A stretch of 60,226 nucleotides of DNA, the filler included, from Bipalium vagum (Eukaryota): assembly GCA_037834085.1 (NCBI GenBank). It is 3 parts of 3 records of this genome, joined end to end, with 100 filler letters (N's around TTAATTAATTAA, not from the genome) between each part and the next. Parts side by side here need not be neighbours in the genome. Positions count along the whole stretch, not along the records: positions 34,797 to 60,226 come from JBBMKC010194165.1; 2 more parts are not named here. One strand, written 5' to 3'. The position numbers and the translations under genes were made by a program. Positions 50,401-60,226 of this stretch are shown here, piece after piece. How positions within the stretch are numbered: the first letter of the stretch is position 1; every line of letters starts with the position of its first letter. The notes below the pieces were generated by a model. That model was not told the origin of the DNA. It searched no databases and saw only the letters and a program-made list of their open reading frames with translations.

Positions 50401-52569
50401 AAATTTAAAAGAATAAGTAATAATAATCTGTATAATGAAAAAAGATAATAAATAATTAGAGGAAAAAATTGACTTTTCAGCAAAGGAAAGATTTCGCTCT
50501 TTCGATCAATAAAGTGTCAGGTTTCTCTTGGTTTTATAAGTAATATATTAGACCCAGAATAAAACCTATTTACTAAAAGAAATGTGAAAATAAAACGAGA
50601 TATCAATTTAAGCAACACAAGGGTCATTGAACCTGTTCTATACATATCGTTTTAAAATCACCATTCAAGAAATATAAGAATGAGTGGTGAGCTTTTAAAA
50701 TACAAAGCCTTATTTATCGGGAAACCGTTTTATGTAAACATTTTATAGCATCAGTTAGCTGGCTCAAGTCTTTTATAGCAAGAATTTCAATCAAAAAATG
50801 ATTAGAAAGTAACCAATCAAAATCTTTGATTCCTTAAAAGTCAGTTTATGAACATCGCCTTTTGCTTTCTGATGTTCGTTATAGACAACTTTGATTGTAA
50901 TTAGGAAAAACTATTGTAAAAAATGATTGTTTTGTGTAACGCCAGGTTTTTATTTGTTAGATGCCTTAGTATGGTATATTTTAATTGTCTTTCATTGATC
51001 AACAATTTATTTAAAATAAACAAGGTGATTTTGCTGTACTATTAAAAACTGGGATGCGAGTCAAACAAGCTTTGTTTTATAATATCGTCAGTTCTGTGCT
51101 TTGTTTTCTCGGGATGATGATTGGGATAGCTTTACAAAAGGTTGAAAGTGCCAACTTTTGGATTTTCTCAGTAACTGCTGGAATATTTGTTTACATTGCC
51201 TTAGTGGATATGGTGAGTTGATTAATGATTAATGAAAACCCTGTTTATTGGTGTTATTGTATTTATTGAATATAATAGATATTTTCCACCAAACGTTTTA
51301 CCTGATATTTACCGTTGAAAAATATCAAATGTCATTTTACTTCCTGATATTTATCAAATTTTATATTATGACATCCTGATCTCAAATCAAAAGGTCAGAT
51401 TTCATATTTCAAATTTCACTCGTGATCAATGGAAATGAAATTTCTTTATGTTACTTTGCATTCCGACTTTTTTATTATTGTCTTTTATTAAAATCTTTTT
51501 AAAAATTGTGAACCTTCTTTAAAATCGTCACATTTTAATGAATGTAAATTTTAAAATAATATTTAAATTTTATATAATTTATAGCTTATTTCAGTTATAT
51601 TTTTATACTTTAAAAAGATTAAATTTGGTTTGGCTACCTTTTGTTTTAACGGACTAATTATGATTTTTTAGAGGTGAAATAAAATTCAATTTCAAATCTT
51701 TTCATTTTTTTAAATTTATATTTTATTAAGTAAATTATTAATTTTTATCTAAAGAATTTATTAGAATGGTAACACTCATCTTCAGGGCTACGAGAATTGG
51801 TTGGTTCAGATTTTTAAGTGATTACAATGTGAAAAAAATATATCTTTAATTTGAGGAATGAGTCCATTATTTTCAAGATTTATTCAGTATTTCTCAAATT
51901 GAAGAAATACCCATCAAATATAAAATCGAAAAGATTTTAAAACCACATAATTTTAAAAATTTGGTCAAATTTGATTTATCCCAACTATATTTTGACATTA
52001 AAAATTCTAAACAAATTTTATCTTTGTGACAGTCAATAATTGTAGTCCTGAGGAAGACGATTAACATTCTCATTAACAAAAGTTACAAAAATTTATTAAA
52101 ATTATAAAAATCGAAATAACCCGTTTAAACAAAACGGGCCAAAACAAAATTTTAACCTTTGTTATTTAAATGGTTCTATTTTTAGCATCTTAGAATGCGC
52201 TCCAACGATGAAATTTTATTTATATTATTATAAGTGATTGAATATATTAAAAACAGTTTTAAAAACTCTTATAATTAATAAGTGAATTTAACGTGTTCTT
52301 GGAGGAGAAAATCGAGAATAAATAATATTTTAAAAGATCTTTAATTATTTATGTTTGTTATTTTATATATTTTTTCTCAAAAAAATAATTTTACAAAATA
52401 AAAATATGATATACTTATTCAGCTTCCAGAACTTAATTCTGCAGAAGTTAGACCTGGTGAAAGTCGAATTGCACATTTCCTAATTCAGAATTTTGGTATT
52501 ATCACCGGAGTTGGTATCATGCTTTTAATTGCTTTATTTGAGGATAAAATAAAAGATATGCTTAATTAA
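35407..52569 (+). CDS. LIV-1 subfamily SLC39 zinc transporter (ZIP6/ZIP10/fear-of-intimacy-like), 530 aa as modelled
   Basis: Exons 35407-35535, 36932-36983, 43309-43478, 43530-43688, 47376-47583, 47632-48008, 48074-48236, 51025-51212, 52423-52569; all GT-AG and phase-consistent. Motifs: LVALAVGSLTGDAFLHLIPH, His-rich HGHGHGHSHSH before TM4, MVILGDGLHNFSDGLAIGAAF, CHELPHEIGDFAVLL (LIV-1 HEXPHEXGD), AGIFVYIALVDMLPE. The first two exons (signal peptide, NTS sequons) are less certain than exons 3-9. Confidence 0.93.
35950..36577 (-). mobile_element. Tc1-like remnant in ZIP intron 1
   Basis: KHKTNRVKWCEDNRATKWQ resembles the Tc1 R..W....W segment. Terminus TA-CAGTG on the minus strand at about 36575. 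Confidence 0.5.
39150..40180 (-). mobile_element. Tc1 DD34E transposase pseudogene
   Basis: N-terminal DFGRGRTVEFHESEISFREVFRRWGRNHS and C-terminal EYSPDLSPIEH. Confidence 0.75.
41357..42485 (-). mobile_element. Decayed rosa/DD41D-type element retaining both TIRs
   Basis: TIRs CCGTGCGTTTAAGTCACAATACAA and (revcomp) TCGTGCGTTTAATAAGTCACCATACAA. The minus strand reads DRWISRRGPI...LDFFLWRYLKQKVY...KRMTVVLQENGTHI. Confidence 0.8.
43081..43223. repeat. (AAT)n-rich microsatellite
   Basis: Directly visible. Confidence 0.9.
43846..43876 (-). mobile_element. Solo mariner TIR (Hsmar1/cecropia-like)
   Basis: Revcomp TA-TTAGGTTGGTGCAAAAATAATGGCCGTTTTT versus the Hsmar1 TIR TTAGGTTGGTGCAAAAGTAATTGCGGTTTT. 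Confidence 0.8.
46850..47200 (-). mobile_element. Merlin (IS1595/ISXO2-like) transposase remnant
   Basis: HRSAETLI...KAYSGLSKKELRYLTVNHKLNFVNPDDSANTQRIESLWSNL matches the Merlin pattern R.A.TL...W.AY..L...H.TVNH..NFV.P...NTQ.IES.W. Confidence 0.85.
50239..50800 (+). mobile_element. pogo/Tigger remnant (CENP-B-type HTH)
   Basis: Terminus TA-CAGCCAAAGTTGTCTATA; IEPVLYI.F...MSGELLKYKAL...FIASVSWLKSF. Confidence 0.6.
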
Positions 52570-53735
52570 AGGAAAGAGTTATTCGTGTTCTATGATTGTT
52601 AATAATTGCTCCAGAATGCCTATAGTAGCATTCAACATTTATTTTAAGTAAAAGTTTAATATTGCTGAAATTGCATAATATGTTATTGGACATATATTTG
52701 AAGAATAACTATGGTTATGGTTGAGATATTTATGCTAATATTAATGAATAATATTAATTTTACTTTCTTGTTGTTTTAGATATTAAATTAAACTCATAAT
52801 TTTCCCTCGGGATCCAAATAAAGACAATTCATTTAATGTCCCATAAATCTTAATGAAGTACAAATGTCAAAACGTTTTGATCATAAAATATTATATTAAC
52901 ATGAAAATTATTATTAATTATCAATAGCACAATAGAACGGTATAAAATTTAGTCTAAAATTATATTAATTTAAAGGGGAAAATTAATTAGTACTCCTCAT
53001 TGTTCAGTACGACACAAAATTTCCCAGCACCCTCTAAAACGTTTATACATTTTATTTCAAAATAATTTTAAATTTTAACAAATTTCTTATGATACCCCAT
53101 AATATAAGCAGCTATAATAATGATATGCTGGTATGTATATCAATTAATATATCAATAACTCCAATTTAAAACGATATTTGCTTAAATAATTCAAATATTC
53201 TTCTGACACAAATTTAATTATTTAATACAATGATTCGTTTTGCCTTAAATTTGCCTATTTATTAATATTATTACTTTTCGCCAGCACATTTATATTATAG
53301 AAGTAAATAAGAAAATGTTTCCAAATGGAGAAATCCCATTATATTCTTCTTTATGCTTATTCATTTTCATTTGGAGGTAAATCCAGAAATATTATCAATG
53401 TGCTTATAGTATTTATTAATTTTTAAAACAATAAAAGCATTAATAAAATGATGATAGTTCATATTTATGCCAACAAATAGGACGATCTCAACAAGTATAA
53501 AGTAATAACTATTTTAAGTGAAGTATAATGCTTAAAAATAAATTTTTTAATGATTGAGCACTGTCTAAATGCGATGGAACTTTTTAAAATGTAATCTAAA
53601 CATATTTCTGAATATGAATGTTGATGATTTACCATTATATCTTCTCTCCACCGACGAACCATTCGTAGACCTAACTTTTTGTGTTCTCAAAATGTTGTAA
53701 GAGGTTTGGTGGATGATTGTTCGATCGTTGATATC

Positions 53736-56700
53736 TTAAGTTCGGCTGGAGCGCTTTTTGTTATTATCATTATCTTAGTTTGATGTATGAAATCAATTTA
53801 TTAAACATTATTGCACATTAACAATCAATTATTAAAACAACTTTTAATTAATTGAATTTAAATAATATTGTTTTTATTAAAAATCTTACCATCAAAGCTG
53901 CGGGGCTTATAATATGAAAATCGCATTCTTATATCATCTTTACATCAATGTTTTATATAATTTTGAGGGACACGTCAAAATAATTTTAATGTGTTCATCT
54001 TAAAATGGGAAATACTTTCATAACACAATTTCCATGAGGCTCAAATCAGAATAAGTTCAATTTTAGTGGGATTTTTATATTTTAAGGCAGGGGTTATATT
54101 GCAATAAACAAAATTAATATGGTGAAAGCTTTATTAGATTAAAATGACTTTATGTAACAAATGCAAAGGATTATTGATTAAAGTTTATAAAGGGAAGACT
54201 GAGAATAATTTTGAAAAATCGTTGTGAATAAATTTGACCAAAGCACACAAATGACATAGTTATCAGAAAGGAGATATCCTTTGTTGAAAAATTGTTTTGT
54301 TAAACTATAAAACACAACCCCTTGGATATCAAATTAGTACGATTATGTAAAAATATCAATGAACCACATACAATCATACAGAAAGATTAAATAATTCTAA
54401 ACACGTGTTAGATGTCGCTTTAGTGGTTTGAAGGAGGAAAAGATTCCTCAAACTTGTTTTAAATAAACAATTCATCCTAAATCTGTTGTCATTTAATAAA
54501 TCATAAGGTTTAAATATAAGAATATAAAAATAAAAATTAATTTTTTACAAGAATAATTTTACCTGCTCTGTTTTCCGTAATAAAAACCCTACTTAATAAA
54601 TGAGCCCTAGTTAAAACATTTATTCTAAATTTTTTTAGTCTACTTCTTATATAAACCCTAAAAATTAAAAGATTTGTTATTAGATTAATTAATAAATCAA
54701 TATATTTGTTTTAAATATAGAAATTTTAAAATAACATTTAAAAGAGGTTCTAGAAAATATTGTTCGTTAGAGTTCGAAAAGTAATACAGGAATTGGAATT
54801 TCTCAAAAAAGGATTTTCTTCTAGTAGAAATATATCTATTGTAATATATGCAAATTTTCGTAAAATCATTAATATTATTATTATTAATATTATAAATTAC
54901 CTGATAGTAATAACAGATTGTTTTCTTTTAAAAACATGATTGCATCGGATGGAACACCCATCACTATGCTGTTTATTAATTTAATATTAATTTCTATATT
55001 ACCAACTTGAAAAAATTGAGATGGGTCAAAAAAGAGATTTGATGTCACATACAGATCAAAAAAGAGACTTGATAGTCATTTCGGTAAAAAAAACATGATC
55101 CAAAATATTTATTATAAAAAAATGTCTTATTTTGTGGAAAACACGATAATATTAGGTAACAATAAGAAAATTCAGTATCAGTACTACTAACAAACTTAAA
55201 TATTACAAAAATAATTAAAAACAAAATGTAATCATTTAAGTAGCAATACATAAAAATATTAAGATATTATATAAATTATTAAATGTAAAAATAAAAAATA
55301 TTTTAAAAAAAGTGACAGAATTTAGACGTAAATTAAAAATCTTATACTAGAAATAAAGAAACACTTACTGATTGGGATCTGAGTTGGGGTTCTTGATCAA
55401 CCACGAATTGCCTATTGGTTATTATGATAAACTGATATATTAAGCATGATATTCTTCTTCTTCGAAGGTCCTTTGAGTTAATTAATATTAATAATTTATT
55501 TTCTTATTGGCCAAAAATTCCAAATATAAATTTCGTCAATTAAGTATCGTTTATCAATCAACTCTCACTAGATTCATCAACCAAATATCTGTTCGGTTAA
55601 TGGTTTAAGAGTTAGGGTAGTTCAAATAACTATCATCAACTCAAAAAAAAACACTCCAATCAGTTGAAATAAAAAAAATTGAGGTTACTGTTCACTAAGA
55701 TATATTTGTATCGAATAAAATACAAAAGATAAAAGATTTGATTGCATCAAACTCTGAATATTTTTAATTTTATTTTGTTTTTTAATAAAAGCATAGAAAG
55801 CTTAACAACTGATGATAGTCTATTTAAGTCCTCAGACAAGCTACGAATCTCCACCTAACAGTGTTGAGATTTTGAGTTTGGTTCAAGATTGAATTTTAGG
55901 TGATACTCAGATTAGCAAAGAAGAACCCCTCCAGTATTTAATTATGTTAATTAGAAAGATTTTTCTACTAAACGTTCATGAGATTTGTTTTTTCTCATTT
56001 TATACCATTATCCTTTGCAGTTTGAGTAATTTGACTACAATTTTTATATATTAGATATTTCTTTAATTAGAATTTTCTACCTCAATTGACTTTCTAATCA
56101 TATAAATAATTAATTCAGTAAAATCAATAATTAAAATTGTTTTAATTATTGGTTTTTATGAAAGAGCAGATTTTTGAAATAAATAAATTTTATTAATTAC
56201 TTAGTTTACTTCTTATGAAGTTCGAGCAAGTTAACAATCTACCTTTTTTAATAATCAATATACACTGGTGGAAATTCATTTAAGACGTGGTGGTTTTCTT
56301 TATTAAAATAAATATGACCCATTATTAAATCATAAATTCTTTATAAAAAGCAAATAAAGAAGGCCAACTCATTTTTAACAATTTTTATTTACAATTTGAT
56401 AACTTTAATTTATATAAACGATAATTTTCGAAAAATAGGTGGAAAACCGTTAAAGATACCAATCTAGAAACTGTCAAATTTACTGTACATATACTTCATT
56501 AGTACATGTACTTCAATTAAGTTAAGTTCAATATTATAAACCATTTTATTAGAAATCTAACATTTTTTCTAAAAAAAATGAAATATGCTGATAATAAGAT
56601 CACCTTTAGAATCTTATTTTGTTTGGTTAGTAAGGGAACCAAATTGTTCAATTGAAAAGAAATGGCCACTTGTGGGTCCGATGATAAGAATAAAACGGCA

Positions 56701-58640
56701 ACAAATTATGTTAAATAATATAATTATTAAAAAAACAATTTTTTCTTTAATAATTATAATTTATTTCTCTTGAAGAAGTCATATTTCCTAAATGTGGGCA
56801 TTCACTTGAAGTTATTATCATTAGATGAGGAAGTTGTTTATAAACAGCGTTGTATAACAGCACACATTTTCCAGATGTTAAAACATGAATGATTAGTCAG
56901 GTGTAGGTATTTTAGCCAAGTCTGGACTTAATTTTAAAAATATAATCTTCATTATTTACAAAGTTGGAACTTTATGCACTTTTGTTAATATTTATCATGC
57001 AAATAGAAAATAAAGATATTTCCACTAAGGAAGCATTTCGTAAAAATAGAACTATAGATCTCAGTAGCGATCCGTGTGAAATTCGTAATTCCAATGGTAA
57101 ACATTCGTTAAAGCGCACTACAGAAATACATTGTTTTTATAATTTCTTTTATTAATTTCTAGTTGATATTTAAATTACAGGGTTTACATCTTAATAAAAG
57201 ATTTGTAACATATACATAAAACATTTGTAACGTCTTAATAAAATATTTGTAACATCTTAATGAAACATATTCTAACACCTTTATAAAATATAAAACATTT
57301 GTAACACTCATAAAGCTTTATTCAAAAGATTGTCGACTAATTCCTTTGTCAATCCAGATGTTAGAACCATCCTTGAAATTGGACATTTGATTTCTCTAAA
57401 ACCGATTGTATATTGGTATTGATTTTATCAATGCATCCAAAGTTGAAACGACATTGGATGGCTTCCCATTTATCGATCTTGACAATCCAGGCGGCGTCCG
57501 ATTCGTCTTCTCCTGCTTGTTATGGCTAGCTAGTTGAATATCACTACTTAACAAGGTTTCACCAGACTTTCGGCAAAAAACTTGATCCTGAAGCATTTTT
57601 GAAAATATTTTTGCCTCATTGCATTTGGCGTCAATAGGTTTTCTAGGCGGAATGTCAGAAAAATTTCTTCCGGACGGCAATTCATGAAATCAGAAAACGA
57701 ATTTTTCAACATTTTCGTAAATTTTCTTCCAATCTTCCTCTGACGTATTATATCGTATTCTGATTGGTTACCCTCATTACGTAAATACTTAGCAGTAAGC
57801 TGCTGCATGCTGATTGCGTCAGTTGTCGATTTCATCATATTTTTCCTGTCAAGAAATTTCTTGAACTTGGCTTTATTAATGTAAATAATAATAACAATAT
57901 CCATCATACAAATGACAAAATTAATTCATTGTTTCACCACTGACACCAGTGAAATTCGCAGCAAATCTCTGCAACTGTTCTCAAATATCATCTTGTTCCT
58001 TGTATGTTTTATTAACATGTTACAAATGTTTTATTAAAATGTTACCAAAGTTTTAATAAAATGTTACCAAAGTTTTATTAAAATGTTACCAAAGTTTTAT
58101 TAAAATGTTACCAAAGTTTTATTAAAATGTTACAAATGTTTTATTAAAATGTTACAAATGTTTTATTTATATGTTTTTATATTTTTTGATTGTTACAAAT
58201 ATTTTATTAAGATGTTAAACCCTGTATCTGTATTACTATATGCTGAAGTTAGTCTAGCACAGGTTTTTTCTGTAGTAATTTGAAATATGAATAAAATAAT
58301 TTGATTAGAAAATTTTTTTATAAAATTGTGAAACATTCGCTTAAGCACAATCAGGTTAAACCAGATACACTATTAAAATTTGTGTATATTTTTTATTAAT
58401 AAAAGATTAGTGCACTTAAACGAAAATTTCCTTTATGCTGTTTTCTATAAATAGAACGCTTTTCTTAACATAATATTCAATAACTTATTGTAAAAAAGAT
58501 GTAAAGTGTTAATTTTTCGTCAGAAGAATTAGTAGCCAAATTACTTGCCAGATGATTTTAAGGTGTTCATTTTTGTAAGCATAAAAATGGATTTTAAATA
58601 AGCCCTGTGAAGTTTGGTCGTCTTTAGAAGAATAAAGTAC
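53736..58640 (-). CDS. Hypothetical spliced protein-coding gene of unknown family (5'-partial)
   Basis: Six GT-AG exons (58640-58545, 55470-55369, 54968-54901, 54606-54563, 53937-53890, 53773-53736) chain in one open frame ending in TAA. No homology recognised. Confidence 0.45.
57178..58224. mobile_element. Foldback-like TIR element with tandem 22-bp subterminal repeats and TA flanks
   Basis: Ends TA-CAGGGTTTACATCTTAATAAAAGATTTGTAACA and (revcomp) TA-CAGGGTTTAACATCTTAATAAAATATTTGTAACA. Seven copies of GTTTTATTAAAATGTTAC(A/C)AA(T/A) at 58006-58159, with degenerate inverted copies at about 57186-57306. Confidence 0.88.
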
Positions 58641-60150
58641 CTAATTAACCACACAAGGACCCATTGCTTTCTTTCAGGTAATAGTATTTTATACCTTCTT
58701 TCCTATGTTAATTGAACATAGATTAAAACATATTTTTATTAATATTTCTACCTGTAACTGAATAATTTGTGGATTTAATTATTGATTATTAAAGTGTATT
58801 ATTAGTAAAAACTTATTATCTATTGATTTTCATTATGGTTTTGATATTTTATATCCAATTAGATTTTATATTGAATTATTATTTTATTATAAACTTAACA
58901 TTATCTGACCAAATTGTTATTTGTTTTGTAACATTTGAGTGTACACTTGCTGTCGGTGATCATTATTGCTTAATTATAATATATATTGGTAATTTAGTTT
59001 TTAATCGTTTTGTTAAGTTCCTAAAAGATGGCTGATTTTAAAAAGACTTAACTTGGGCTTTTAGGTCACTTAACAAAGTACTTAATATCAGAAGGGGTTA
59101 CGGATGAACGTTCAAGCACAATATAAAAATTACTGTCACAATTTAAAATAATTCAAAACGAAATGAAAAAATTTTTAATAAAATCTTTATTGAAAAATCT
59201 CTTTTACAAACTTTAAATTACAATTTAACAATGGAATTTTAAACTGACTGATCAGAAATCTTTAAACAAAGACTTAGTCTAGTGTGTTAAAGCCCTCAGG
59301 AAGTTTGTCAGCTAGCGACTGTTCAAACTTTGAACAAAAAAGGAAGAAAAAGAAAAACAGCAAAAGTTATTTGATCAACGATAAAGTACTGAGTAATTAT
59401 TTAAAAGAAAAGGTTAGTTCAAACTTCACGTCAATCGGTTAAGATTGCGTAAAGGGTTGTATTGAATATTTTAAACATTAATTTACTACTTCTGTTTTGA
59501 TAAAATCAAACAGAGTAATTATTGTTAACTAATAATAATAATAATATAAATATAATCAATAACAAGATTCATCTATTAATAACGTTACAATTTAATTCGT
59601 CTCTACTTTATTGATGATTAATATTCAGAACGTCGCGATTTCTTTTTTTGTTGAAGATCTGCTCTCTATTTATATGATCTTGTGGAATTTTGTTTACTTA
59701 TTGAAATTTGAATCTGTCTGAACCATTTCTTTCTTGTCGCTATTACTTTTCTGTTTTTGGCTTCAGGTAACTCTTTTTATATTATATATTTCTCTTATTT
59801 ATATATTTTTAGTAATTATTAAAATACTAATAATATAATTTTTTGTACATTATTTTCTATTTTAAGACTTATTGTTATTATATTTAGCATTTTTCTATAT
59901 TTAGTAACCTAAAGTTACTAATTTTAATTTGATGATCTTCAGTTACAAATCTCTCACATAAAATAAAAAAAAATAAAATCACTAAAATCAAGAATAAAAT
60001 ATTTTCACGTAAAAATCACAATCACTAAAATTATTTTGACAAAAAAATGTTTATTTTGGAATGCTCCACAATATAAATATAAATATAAATATAATAACAT
60101 AAAATAAAAACATTTCCAGAATTCAGTACAATTCCTTGACAATCATATAT

Positions 60151-60191
60151 ATTATTATTATTATTATTATTTATTATTATTATTATTATTA

Positions 60192-60226
<35 letters not shown>
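60151..60226. repeat. (ATT)n microsatellite
   Basis: Directly visible. Confidence 0.95.

Noticed and set aside
12447-52569. Alternative genetic code to explain stop-rich coding-like tracts
   Set aside because: All three recognisable genes translate cleanly in the standard code and end in TAA. The identified stop-rich tracts are decayed transposons.
58006-58159. Regular 22-bp repeat array as a possible CRISPR
   Set aside because: The units are head-to-tail with no unique spacers, the context is eukaryotic, and the array is the arm of a TIR element.

Overview
This is very AT-rich eukaryotic DNA with GT-AG introns and (AAT)n tracts, probably from an invertebrate; the species cannot be determined from the sequence. 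It is not one contiguous locus: two identical 100-nt spacers (44 N + TTAATTAATTAA + 44 N, at 16995-17094 and 34697-34796) join three segments. I reconstructed three recognisable genes by hand from splice sites and reading-frame phase. (1) The 3' part of a divergent MARK/PAR-1-like gene ending in a KA1 domain (minus strand, 12447-15046). (2) DENND11/KIAA1147/LCHN (minus strand, 21005-32709, 7 exons, first exon not found). (3) A LIV-1 family SLC39 zinc transporter, ZIP6/ZIP10-like (plus strand, 35407-52569, 9 exons, 530 aa). A phase-consistent but unrecognised 6-exon gene lies tail-to-tail with the ZIP gene (minus strand, 53736-58640). Introns and intergenic DNA are filled with decayed transposons of many lineages: several mariner subfamilies, maT/DD37D, rosa/DD41D, ITmD37E, Tc1/Tc3, pogo/Tigger, Merlin, hAT, Gypsy and Penelope-like. 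I cannot claim a clearly new biological system. The best leads are a ZIP6/10-like transporter apparently lacking the CPAL ectodomain, a foldback-like TIR element with 22-bp repeat arms carrying LINE-like cargo, and the orphan spliced gene. All homology calls come from recalled motifs, not database searches.
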